From the NCBI GenBank assembly GCA_009103225.1, contig RHPI01002990.1:250223-314222 (forward strand): a stretch of DNA of 64,000 bases, written 5' to 3'. The position numbers and the translations under genes were made by a program. The notes under the pieces were generated by a model. It was not told the DNA's origin. It saw only the letters and a program-made list of their open reading frames with translations, and did not search any database. This document shows positions 1-13,000 of this stretch, piece by piece. This DNA is from Chlorokybus atmophyticus (taxonomy: Eukaryota; Plantae; Mesostigma and Chlorokybus algae). Each line of letters starts with the position of its first letter. Position 1 is the first letter of the stretch.

Positions 1-639
1 CCCCGCCTCCTTCCGTTCACAAGCCTTTAAACTAGCAGCTTTTCCTTGCAATGGTAAGTACTTAACCAATGGCGCGGCGCCACACATTCACCCTCGCACA
101 TAAACAAAACAAGTTCTTATTGTGTTGAGGTATCAGTAGAAAAGTACATGAGTAGCATAGTTTACTGGATAGGCCTTCGCATTAAACACTTACATATCCC
201 TACCACTGTTTGTGTGCGCAATCACTCGCTGTCACACCACACTCGCACCATGATCACACCATTACACCGCCATATCTGAAGCACAATCAAACGCACCAAA
301 GCATGCAACACAACCAGCACAGTTGGGGAACAAAAAAGACTCAACGCACCCCAAGTTCAAAATTCTGAGCACCGTCCAGTGCCAGTGTCATCCGCATCAC
401 TTACCCAACCAACATCTCTTCTCATCTCAAGCAACCAAGCAACTCGGGCGTGTGCCCAGAGTCGCCAGACCAATGTCTACGCACACACTATCAAACTATG
501 TATGATACTATAACATACCATATTATACTATATATATAGTCATACGATACACACACTACACAATCGACAAGTCTATATACTAAAGGGCATGTGCGCTACA
601 CGCACACACCCACCCACCCACCCACATACGTTGCCTCCT

Positions 640-3346
640 TCACAGCCACTTGTCTAGTGGGACGAGTGGTGGAAATGGCGCTGCGTAGAGATCAGCTGCC
701 CATAGCACAGCAATATTCACCGTCGACACAAGGTTGGTGGTGCGCACGACTAGGTTGGTCACGCCGACGTTGGCGTTCTCGTCTGCAGATGTGGTGCTGT
801 TGGTCCCAGCTGCGGGGTTCGATGTCCACGCCTCGAAGTAACCCGTGTACTTGGGAAGAAGGATCGCACCCTGCAAACGCCGCCCGTTCTGGTAGATGTT
901 CACGTAACGGCGGCTCGCACTGATCCTCACCGTCCCGAATGTGTGAAACCTATACAGATGCAAGATGTGTCATGCTGATGTACACCCACCCACACATACA
1001 CACGCATGCATGCGCACGCACACACGCTTACATGCTAACGACGTCCACGGGATAGGGGAATTGGACCGCGTCTTGAACAAGTAAACGTGCATTGTTGCTG
1101 CCAGGAACATCTTTGAGCAACGCAACGCCCCTGTGCATTACAGCATGTGGAGTGAGTTGGGTCAACACTAAGTAGTAACACATTACATTACAGATGCAAG
1201 GTGTTGATGGACTGTACCTCTGCACTGATATCGACCCCGGGTATGCGTTGGTGAGGTTGACCACAGCGTGAGACCGCGTTGGCGATGAGTACATCGGCCG
1301 GAAGCTCGCCATTGAGTTGAGGCATTGAGACTGGGCGCTGATAGCAACCTGTTATGCCACAAACAGTTAGTCAAAGCTGATTACATTGTGATAGGTTATG
1401 TCTCATTTACGCACACACGAGCATGCGTGTACCTGGCGTGTGTCACTGATGGACAATGTGTTGTGTCCTTCCGTCCTGGTGCGGTAGTAACTGTATCTGT
1501 ACCTCGGGTTGAAGTACCCAAACAGCCCGTAATCATCCGTCCCAAGGTCGACAAACCAACGCACGTTCATCGAGTCGTACACGAAACTACCCAAGTCCAA
1601 GTGCGAGTGCCCGGCACCATCACTGTTCTGTTGACACAAGTTTACACATGTCAGAGGCTATCGCATGCGCCCACATACACATACACATACACATACACAT
1701 GCATGCTGGGTACATACGCACATTGCTGTTGGGCACAGACACAGCTGGCCGACACGCGTGTGCATGCGCGCACGTGTGTGTGCGCGTATGCACGCACACA
1801 CACACACACACACGCACACACACACGCGCACACACGCGCATGCACACCTAGTTGTTGGGTGCACCCACCCACACCCACCTGTCCTGCCTTGCACGCGATG
1901 TACGACGCGTCGACGTCATCCCATCTGTGCCTCATGTACACGAGGTCGGCGCGGTAGCCCTGGAACCGCGCGTCGACGGGGAGAGACGCGTCGCCGGCGG
2001 GCGCCGACGACGGCCACTTGCCGTTGAAGGTGACGGGGTCGGCCCAGAACACACGGAACCAACCACCTGATACACACAGTGAGTCGCTCAGTTAAGAGAG
2101 TGTCTGCCCGCGCGCGTGCCACGCACATGCACACTCACGCGCACATACGGCATGCGTGTGTGCCTGTGCGCGTGCGTCTATGACTGTAGGCAGAGTAGTA
2201 GCGTGTGCGTGTGTGTGTCTTTCTCACCAGTCTGTTTGAAGTTCATCTCCCATGTGGCCAAGAACTGATCCTTGAATCTCCGTGCCATGTACAGGCTCAG
2301 TTGTGCGCTCAGTAGGCCGTCTTGCGAGTCCGCGTACGAGAACACCGCCGAGCTCATTGGCGACACCGCGTGGATCCGCGCGTAACCTGAAGACTGTGAA
2401 GATACAATTCAAGTTGTTGTGTCAGATGTCGTGTTTGTGTGTAATATGTTGTTACATTTGCACAAAGACACACTTACTAGCAGAGCGGCGTTGTTGCCGA
2501 AGCCAAAGTCCACTCCTCTGAGGCCCGTCTCGAGCGCGGACAGGGCGAAAGCCAGACTCATGCCTTGGTAGCTGTTGTTGTGTTGTTGCATGTGAGTGTG
2601 TGTACATATATGTAACAATCTTGAAGTATGTGTCAACACAAAGCCCACCTTTGGTATGTTGGGCCTTCGTACACCGCACCCGAGGGGTAATAGAGGCCAA
2701 TGGCGTTCTCTATGCCAGGCAGCACTGCTGTAAGCACCTGCATGTGCGTAACAAAAACCATGCGTTAGAAAATAACCCCAACACACCTTGCATGCTTGTA
2801 ATTCAGTGTCTAAAGAGTGTGCTCAACCTCACCTGCTGGCAGAGTGTTGCGTTGGCGTCGGCAAAGGCGATGGCGGCCGTCACGAAGCCAGCGAGGGAGT
2901 TGATCCCGACGTTGGTCTTCAAGGCCACGAGGGTAGGAACCGCATCGGGGTTGGCAAGCAGCGGCTCGAAAGCATTGATCCTCACCTAATAAACAACAAC
3001 ACAGTCAGTGCCATTATATCACACACGAACAAGTACGCGCATAGACACACCCGCACCCGCACCCATGCGTGCGCATGCACACGAACGCATGCACACAACC
3101 GCGTGTGCGCGCACGCCCACAGGCACAAACCAGAAGTTATCACACGAACGCGCACAATCACACCCACACGCCCACACCCACAACTTGGTAAGTACCTACC
3201 GCGTCCCACAGTCGTTGCCGTTGGGACGCCGTGAGCCGCGTGTACAGCCAGTCATACCCGAACGAGCACGAGAGGAGATACTGGTTCACCGAAAGGAACC
3301 CCGGGTCCACATTACCATTCGGATTCCTGCGCTACACTCAATCAGA

Positions 3347-3385
<39 letters not shown>

Positions 3386-4169
3386 TTATGTGGGTTTGTT
3401 GTTGCTGTTGTGCTTGCTTACCAGACGGTGGGGCCGAGTGATGCGATGTACATGAGGTCGTTGGCGGCGTAGTAGGCTTTGTTTACATCGCCGTCGATGA
3501 GGTAGGCGCCCGCAACCAGGGTCACGCGGTCGATGAAGGTACGCGCTGAAACACTGCGAGGGGAGACAACGTGTCAGTAGTGGTGTCAATATGCATGTGT
3601 GTACACGTGTGCACACATGCATATATATGTACATGCACATGTGTTTGTGTTTGTGTGTGTGGGCGTGGGCGCGGGCGGTTGAGTGTATTGGTGGCTGGGT
3701 CAGTGGGTGGGTACCTCTCTCACAAGTTGTGTGAACACACTGTGTATGCACCAAGCACACATCCCGCATACCCACTTACGTGGTTGGGTTCGTCAATGGC
3801 GTAGCAATCTGATCATTCGCCACCTGTATATTCTTCAGACACATGTAGTACACCGGCGTCCCAAAGACACTACAATTCCTGCACACCCACCCACACCATG
3901 AGTCTCCTCCCCTCACCCACCAACAACAAACCCAACAACAACTCACTCACTCACCCCCGCACGTATTGCAGTGATGTTGGTGTGAGAGCCAGGCGTGGTC
4001 GCTCCGGCAACAAGTACGCGAGGGCGGCGGAGTAGCAGCTGGTGGATGGGTAGGTGCAGGAGGGGATGGGGAGGTCAGGGGAGGAGGAGACCAGGAGGGA
4101 GAAGGAGGAGAAGAGGGCCAATGACAAGGATAGACACAGACACCACCCCGGTGAGGTCCGACCCGCCAT
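640..4169 (-). CDS. Secreted heparinase II/III-like polysaccharide lyase (PL35-like, alpha-toroid plus beta-sandwich); multi-exon
   Basis: Exons joined by eye give a signal peptide ([30 protein letters not shown]) followed by [14 protein letters not shown]...FGYDWLY, YEGPTYQSYQG, FSYADS and [34 protein letters not shown]...[12 protein letters not shown]. These match, in order, the HPRL / WNP..GYDWLY / EG..Y / FNYAD / H.HLD.GSF...EGHNTL motifs of Hepar_II_III family proteins. The 3' end (stop at 640) is less certain. Confidence 0.75.
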
Positions 4170-4203
4170 GTGGGTTTGGGTGGGGTGGGGTGGGAGTGGG
4201 GGG

Positions 4204-4468
4204 NNNNNNNNNNNNNNNNNNNNNNNNNNNNNNNNNNNNNNNNNNNNNNNNNNNNNNNNNNNNNNNNNNNNNNNNNNNNNNNNNNNNNNNNNNNNNNNNN
4301 NNNNNNNNNNNNNNNNNNNNNNNNNNNNNNNNNNNNNNNNNNNNNNNNNNNNNNNNNNNNNNNNNNNNNNNNNNNNNNNNNNNNNNNNNNNNNNNNNNNN
4401 NNNNNNNNNNNNNNNNNNNNNNNNNNNNNNNNNNNNNNNNNNNNNNNNNNNNNNNNNNNNNNNNNNNN
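4204..4468. other. Assembly gap (N run)
   Basis: Run of N flanked by G-rich tracts. Confidence 0.99.
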
Positions 4469-7019
4469 GGAGTGGGGGGTGGGTGGGGGGGAGGTCCACA
4501 CTGCCACTCCTCACCCTCTCACCCTCTTTCTGTCTCTGTCTTCCTGCTCTCTGTCACTGTTTCTCCCTCTGCATGTGGTAGTATTTGTGTTGAGAATATG
4601 TATGGGTGGTGAAGGAGTGACACACACTGAGCAATGTTTGCATGCCAGACATTGCATGCACCACTCACCTCTCGATGTTGGAGTGATGTCACTGTGGACG
4701 CCTTGTCGCACACAACTACACACAAACACCGCTGCGGGCTTGCTCTCTTCTGCCTCTGCTTCGCCTCCCGACGAGCTACACTGCCAACTTCATGCTCTCA
4801 ATAGGCAGAGTGAGTCGAGAGAGAAGCCGACCCTCTCAATGCCGCCAGCTACGCCTATCCCTGTACGAACACCTAAACCTACTCTTCACGCACATCCGTC
4901 TCACCTACCAAATGCCACCACCACGCTGCCACCGTCACCGCCGTCTCGTCCTCTGCGGTGCCGCTGCCCTCAGAGCCTTGGAATTGGTCTAATTTGTCTA
5001 GAGCGCCGCTGTCCCTCGTCTAGACATGCCATTTGCGTAGGTTTACATCGATAATGTGTCTGTGGATAGGGCCCACTTCGCAGGCGACAAATTCGAAAGT
5101 GGGAAAAAGCGTCGCAATCATGCATGGGTTTGCGAACAGGAATGTGGGTCGTACGCCCTTGGGTGGCCCACGTGACACTAAGTGGGATGTTGTGCAGTAC
5201 CCGTACGTGAAGTGGTCATGGCACTGCGCGCGCCCAAAGTGACAAGTAAGGAATCTGAGCAGGGACTCTGAGAGCGGGAGTGGCGATGTGTACGATCGGT
5301 AGTGACAAGCGGGTCACTACTGACCGGTTTGTGCCGTAACCCTAGTGTTCGCCAAGTTGGCGCCCTGAAAACGTGCTGTCCGTCTACTGGCTAGAGGACA
5401 AAGCCGTTCATGATGGCGCAGTCGGGACTGGACGCGAGGGGGGGGTGTCATAGGCCCGTGTAGCCTAGAATATAGGATGCTTTGTAGTCTAAGGCGACAT
5501 CGGCTGGAAGCATGAAGCAGCGTCACATGTGAGTGCTACTATAACCAGGCTCCAGCCTGGAGACTCCAGGTACTATTGACGATAGGCTACCGGTATTGTA
5601 GACCCATGTTGTAGCCGCCTAAGTGACTTTGTACTAAATTATTTACAACGTGGTAATAACGTTGTAGCCGCCTTGCGTTCTATAGACGGCACCGGCCGCC
5701 TTTATTTATTTATTATTCAATATTGTATAATAAGCAATACATGCAAGCTTGTATTGCTGATGAAATAGCGATCCCAGCTACAAGCATGCTGTAATACAAC
5801 AGTTGTATTGTACAACTTAGCTACCGTATTGACCCGTTTACAGTGCACTGTGGGTAACGGGTTAGCCTACCCCTACCCAAATCTGTCCGACATACCGTAA
5901 CACCATTGAGACAATGAGACGGTAGCGGTAGGCGGGCATACACACGTGAGCACCGTACAGTCTAGGGTCGGTTCATGACCCGCTAGCCTGCTGTGATGCA
6001 GTAAGTAAGTGTGCATGAGTCTCCTAGCGGGGATCCGACAAACCTGCCAGCTGGGCGTATACAGGATGGGCGTGCATCATCATCAGCACAGTGCATGGCG
6101 CTGTCCTATGGTAAGGACACGAACACTTCGCCTAATTTTGTGATTGATACAATGCCCTTGAACGAGAATGTATATCTACAGGCAAAGGTACATGTGCCCC
6201 ACTACCATGCATCGCAATGCTGCACCAACAAGACTGATATTACTGTGATGCAATGGTATTTACACTTTAAGATTTGATGTCATATTGCGATTTCAAACCT
6301 TTCGACAAGTCTTGTATAAATTTGCATCATTAATACCCGCGCAAAAACTAGTATCAACCGATTTAATTATGTACTTGTGCTTTTTATGTTAAATAAAACA
6401 ATGAATAATCAACATGCATTGCTAGCGTATTTGCCTGAACAAAGTCCCATATCAGACATAAGCCCACTCTTCTTTCTCAAGGGGCCTCGGCTCGTTTTAC
6501 GAGTAAAACAGCCTTGTTTATAAAGGCCCCCTCCCATGTTTTCGCTTAAGGGGCTTGTATTTGAGAGGGGGNTCATTTGTGTCAATCAATTGCGTAATAT
6601 TACATACAAATATTATGCTCACATGAATACATCCCTCCCCTAGTAAAAAGATAAGGGGGTATAATAAAGGGCGCTAATAACCAAAATACATATAATTATA
6701 TAGCAGCGGCAACTAATAGACTTGTGTATAATTAACCCACCCACGTGAAGGTCTTGCCACAGAATTGCTATGGATGATTAAAACACAATACAGTGTACAT
6801 GCAGTACGTTACACAAAACACATAAGTCGTGGTGTGTTTATTATAGTTTGCTACGTGTATGTTGCCACACAAACAGCATTTGTCGGTTGATACCCCATTA
6901 TCATCTTTCAGTTGCAGGCAAAAAGGGCACTTTGCACGAAGAGTGGGCATCATGCATACATTGTAGAGGTAAAGACAATGCCCCCTCGAGATGCATTATG
7001 ATTGAAAGGTTGTCATCCG

Positions 7020-7360
7020 NNNNNNNNNNNNNNNNNNNNNNNNNNNNNNNNNNNNNNNNNNNNNNNNNNNNNNNNNNNNNNNNNNNNNNNNNNNNNNNNN
7101 NNNNNNNNNNNNNNNNNNNNNNNNNNNNNNNNNNNNNNNNNNNNNNNNNNNNNNNNNNNNNNNNNNNNNNNNNNNNNNNNNNNNNNNNNNNNNNNNNNNN
7201 NNNNNNNNNNNNNNNNNNNNNNNNNNNNNNNNNNNNNNNNNNNNNNNNNNNNNNNNNNNNNNNNNNNNNNNNNNNNNNNNNNNNNNNNNNNNNNNNNNNN
7301 NNNNNNNNNNNNNNNNNNNNNNNNNNNNNNNNNNNNNNNNNNNNNNNNNNNNNNNNNNNN
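7020..7360. other. Assembly gap (N run)
   Basis: Run of N followed by poly-C. Confidence 0.99.
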
Positions 7361-7561
7361 CCCCCCCCCCCCCCCCCCCCCCTGTGCACTGTAAATGCGG
7401 CACTGTGTTCGGATGAATACAGTACATGCATTATGATGCACATTAACTACTATTACAGCTAATTAAGTAGCATCATAAATATCAGTGTCGCAATGTATGC
7501 GTCAACGAGTTTTACAACCACAATTTGACTCAATGACCGTAAAGCTTAAATCATGATTTCA

Positions 7562-7563
<2 letters not shown>

Positions 7564-7655
<92 letters not shown>
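7564..7655. repeat. Compound microsatellite (TC)n-(AC)n-(AT)n
   Basis: Directly visible. Confidence 0.95.
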
Positions 7656-8479
7656 CCACGCGCTTGCATATGTATGACAAGCCACGCAAATTTTGCAGCA
7701 TGTTGCTCATGCATTAAAAACTCAAAAGCTTTTTTGCGGCAGACTGGCTCACATGAAGATAAGAATAAAGCAATTATTACAAAACATACGATTTTAAACA
7801 AATCGAGGGCAACAGTATTGCCCATAACGGTTAAGGTTTGCAGAACCGTGAGGTGAAAACCTATTATATGATGTATAATAGAGTTTATATGAGATATGTA
7901 TATATGTTAGCATAAAACAAATGCAACATAGTTAAAAAGTTGAATGCTAAGCTTAACACTAACTATATACCACTTTTATGGTGGTATATACACGCATCAT
8001 ATTAACTTGGTGCATGATACATTACAAAATACATGAAACTTAATTAACTAGTTATGATAGCAAAAGTCGTTACCATATGTGGAGCCACATGCCTCATCCA
8101 TCACGTATAGCATAGTATGCAGTCACATAAATAACATATGACGAAAGGAATAAAAAGCATTGATGTGATCGTACTGAACCGAAATTCTTTATTGCATTAT
8201 ATGCGTATAATATGTGAATAACACATGTATGATATGTTTAACAGCATGCTTTGCACACTTGCAAGTGCTTAAAGACGTCCATCCACCAGATTATTGTAGG
8301 ATTGTTTACGGGTTTACAGATGAGTATGATGCCCTTCCACCCTCCCCTCCCACGCGAAAGTACTTTTGCTCATAGCACTTGTATACAAAAAATTGTATAA
8401 TGTCAAAGAGCGCCAAAAGCTATCACAATAATAAAATGTATTGATTGTATTCAACAACGATAGACACATGATATTGCCC

Positions 8480-8742
8480 NNNNNNNNNNNNNNNNNNNNN
8501 NNNNNNNNNNNNNNNNNNNNNNNNNNNNNNNNNNNNNNNNNNNNNNNNNNNNNNNNNNNNNNNNNNNNNNNNNNNNNNNNNNNNNNNNNNNNNNNNNNNN
8601 NNNNNNNNNNNNNNNNNNNNNNNNNNNNNNNNNNNNNNNNNNNNNNNNNNNNNNNNNNNNNNNNNNNNNNNNNNNNNNNNNNNNNNNNNNNNNNNNNNNN
8701 NNNNNNNNNNNNNNNNNNNNNNNNNNNNNNNNNNNNNNNNNN
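8480..8742. other. Assembly gap (N run)
   Basis: Run of N. Confidence 0.99.
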
Positions 8743-10058
8743 CCCGGAACAAGAAAGACTATCGCAGATGTAACAATACAACTATACCGTGCATACCGCT
8801 ACAGCAAAGCACCCCACACCGTGACAGAAAGTATCTGTTCTGACGGAAACCACATGCGCTTGCATTAGTTTGTTGACGGTTCATCACGCGCATGTACGGC
8901 ATGTGCGCCCTTGATGGTCGGATTCGTCCCCAAACCAGAAGCGGTTGTACGTCGCTCGCACAGCAGTGTTCGTAAGCGCGCGCGCCGTGCTCCTCTGGAC
9001 CAGAGGCTCTGGTACAGTCTTGTCCCCGCAACAGCGCGGGCCTCTGTTTATTATTTCTTGTCTTGGATAAAACTATCCTGCAATATATTGTCCTAGATAT
9101 GTTTTGTTATCCACAGTGATGATGATCTCGGGATAGCACGGGCCTCGGTTGACTCTGTTGCCCTCCAGCTCTGCCACATGGCGTGTGGGCAGCTGCTGCC
9201 TGGCCGCGTCAATGCAGCTGGCTCATGCACGCACAGGTTTACTTACACAAAGACACTTTTCAGATGACTACGCAGGGGCTGACAGATAAGATAGTCAGCT
9301 TGAAAGTCGCATGTTTCTCTCGCACACCCACGCCCACCCACACATTCGCCCATGCTTGCCGCTTATCTTGGGACCCGGGATTGATGCACGGTAATTCCTT
9401 CTGAGGACGGATGCATGCCAGGTGCAGGTAGTTTATAAGTGCCTAGGCTCAGGTACAGGTGCATCCAGCTATACCCTACATCGCTAGCAAGCCACGAGAC
9501 ACTGAGTCGGAAAGTTGAGTCCCTTAAAATGAAGGCATTGCATGCGCTGGTTGCGTGTGTTTTATGTCCGAATCCGTCCATTCAGATAAGGTACCAACCC
9601 TTATTGCCTGAATTCTACCTAGTAAGTGTCGTGAATAGGCACCCTGACAACTGGATGAAGTGTATTTGCAGTTCAAGCTGTAGAGAAAGCCAAACGGATG
9701 TGTCCCCTGTATGGAATGTAAGAACGAGGGGGTGAGGGTCAAGCACACCTACCGGACTGCTCTCCAACTCATCAACTGGCCACATGCGGTCAGTGTCCAG
9801 CATAGCTAAGAGCAATGGAAACTGTCTTGCAATTGCAAATGTCTGCTCAGTGTGTACATACTTGCGCCATCTAACAGGACAAGAAGCAGCTATGTTGCTA
9901 ACTTAGTGTGACTAACTACCCCCAGCTCCATTGTCCAACCACAGCATGGCGGATTATCAACACCAAATCACTCGACAAAGCCAATACTCAATACACACCA
10001 GCAGCTTGGAGCTGCACACCAAGTGCAAACCTACATTTCCACTCAGCACAACAGCGTC

Positions 10059-13000
10059 CTAATGCAAACGAGCCATCTCTTCTATCCGCTTGGTCAATTC
10101 TTCTAATGAAACATTTACGGCTGCTGCAACCTCCAGCATGCGGTCCCGTTTAAGATCCAAGAGCGACTCGATCAAATCGCCATCGAGGAAGTTGCGCGCC
10201 TCTGCCACCTTACGTTCGTTGCTAAAAGACCTCCACTCTTCGTGACTGAAGCCACCCACACCCTTTACAACCTGGCAGCAATGAGAGGGCAGCTTGAGCA
10301 TAGCTTTGGACACTAATAGTTATCACCAATAGCAATATGACGTTCGACTTCACCTGTCGCATCTGCTGCTCCACTTTGCTCAAGAAGTTGTACTGCTCTT
10401 GCGACAACGATGCAATCACGCCAATCACACCATTAACAGTTCCAAAAATGAGCGTGGGGATGTTGCTCGCCTCGCTGTCAAATGATAACACTGTCAGCTC
10501 TCAGACAATACCTTGCGAGCAGAAATGCTTCTGCAGCAAGCATGGCATGCAGGCAGTACCTGTCTGGTAACTGCATGACCAGTGAGCCATGTCGGAAGCG
10601 GTTCACAAACTCGCCAAGATGGAACTCGCCAACGGCTTCCAAACGCCCTCTTTCATCATCTGTGGCAGCATCGCTGTTCTTCCTGCAATATCGCCAATGA
10701 GTGAGCAAAATCAAGTGTCAACACCTTACGCAACGAACCTGGTTAAAGAACAGCGCCATGCTTACTTGACAGTGAACAGGTTAAAACTGTTCTCAGCGCC
10801 TATGTACGTATCATCATCCAGCACCTCCACTGCAGACATCCAGTTTGCGTTGAAGTCTCTAGCGCGCTCTTCAATGGCGCCCTCCTCGGGTTTGTAGATA
10901 TACAAGCTGATGCTCTTCATGATGTCACCAACAACAATGAAGTCACCCCGTGTCTGTGTTGGCACAGCTTACCAAGTTAGCTTGTCACAAAATACTGTAT
11001 TGTCAATGGCAGTTGAATTAGTTGCCCGAACAACCTTGGCTTATGATTAGTACAGTACCTGTACATACAAGGCCAGAACATGACCGTGCAACCCGCATTC
11101 ATTGATCAGCTCTCGTGTGCCATCCTCTCGTTGTGTCCATTTGTACAGCTGTCGCCAGAACAGGTGCTTATTAAGCATTCGTGGCAGAGCAACAATACAT
11201 CCATGCTGAAGACTCAGCCGAACCTGAACTTTGGAGTTGATGCCAGCCAACAGCTTTCCATTGAATGCGTTGAGGTTGTACACAGCACCCTTGGTCTCCT
11301 TCTCAGCAGCCAACTGCAGACATCACAGCCCTCAGCTCAACTCATGACAGACAAACATAGTGCTTGGCATGGTTGCTGCTACTGCATACATGTATGTCAA
11401 AGCGTCATAGTAGTAAGTCACAGAGAGAAGCAGTGCAAGGACTGTGTGCACAAGTCTGGTAAGGCTCTAACCTGCAGCTTGCCATCATCCACCGTGAAGA
11501 CCAAAATGCGTCCCTTAGTAGGCTCAACCTCATCTGGAAGTGCATATGCGGTGCCCACACAGAAGTACGATGTTGAGTCGTCTGTAAAATTGGCCGTAAT
11601 GATGGAGCAGGCTTGTTCAAAAGGTTCCAATTGGTACGCCATCAGCGTCTCAAATGTCTGCATAGGGGCAGAGCTCAGTCTGGCTGCAATGGCAGTTGTT
11701 CCCGTAAGGTATCCAGCAATACCAGGGCTGATGACAAACCTGATCATCAATCAGACGGATGTAACACGTCTCAGTATCGTCGCAATTGGTTCCGTTGGGA
11801 GTATACTTGATGGTCGCCACTGCAAACGAGCGAGAAGACTCCTGCACCATTCAAGAGAACTAGTTAGTCCCATGCACACCAAATTGAGCGACACAAATGC
11901 ACGTAGCCTCCGCGCTTATTGCCATGCGTGGCTCCAGGAGGGTAACCTGATGTGCGATGCGACGCGGTTGTTCACCCAGCGGCACTGTTCTAATGTGAAG
12001 CTTTTGAATCTCATCAATGGTGCCGATGGACAACTGGTTTTCCATACCGATGGCCAGGGATTCTGGGAATGAGCTGGAGTTGAATGGGCACATGTGATTG
12101 ACCTGAATGCATTGGAATGAGCGCCAAGCACGAGCTTCAATGATGGCTTGCAAACAACACGAGTACTGTCGCAACTGACCTCTTTGAGGTTAACAGAACT
12201 GTACAGGAGCTTGCCGTTGCTGGAGTATATTACAGTGGGACGATCTGATGATGCAAACACATGTGTAGCACTCTTTGACCTGAATGTCCTGAGGGTGATT
12301 GGTTGTGTCCCTAGAGAAATCCTCTTGCGGTCGTTTAGACTACCATTCTCTGCAGCAGGTATTGTTAACAAAGGAAACAAGCATGACGCCAGCTGGACGA
12401 CATGATCGATGCGCAGCTTACCTGTGTCCACTACAAAGTTGAAAAGATGACCATCTCCAAGTGCACAAAGTAGGTAAGGCACACCCTCAAAAGAGCAGAA
12501 CAGTACCGATCGTGGAATAATCTCACCGCCTAGATGTTCCTGCAAGCAATGCCCTCAGTGAGTGCAGGCGGGCTTCAATCTAGTGGCAGTTTACCAGGGA
12601 AGGGAACTACTTACCTGTGACAGTAGCTTCAATGTCGGGAGCTCAACAATTCGCACGCTGATGTCTGTCCACATCCCGACCGCAGCAATTGAAGCACGGC
12701 TGTCATCGTTCAGGGGGCTGATGTCCAGACAAGAAACCTCATACTCGAGCTTCTTCTGTGCCACCTCCATGACAGAGCCTTCTTGCACTTCAAAGTAGAC
12801 CAAGTTGCCTCCTCCAGTTGCTAAAAGTAGCTGCGTAACCGCACAAGGTGCTGAGCCAAAAGACAAACACAGTCACACACCTTGGGGGCATGTTGTTACA
12901 ATTTGTAGTAGCCACAAGTTAACATGCAAGGCACTGCACCTGTGAAGCATTCCCAGTAGCCACATTGATGGACATTCCTTGTGGTGGTGTCCAAGTGTGT

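Noticed and set aside
6768-6953. Cys-rich ORF (CPFC...CCLCG) as a zinc finger or viral fragment
   Set aside because: Short, adjacent to a gap, in AT-rich DNA and without a recognisable domain
3947-8781. ORFs spanning N runs
   Set aside because: Artefacts of gaps translated as X
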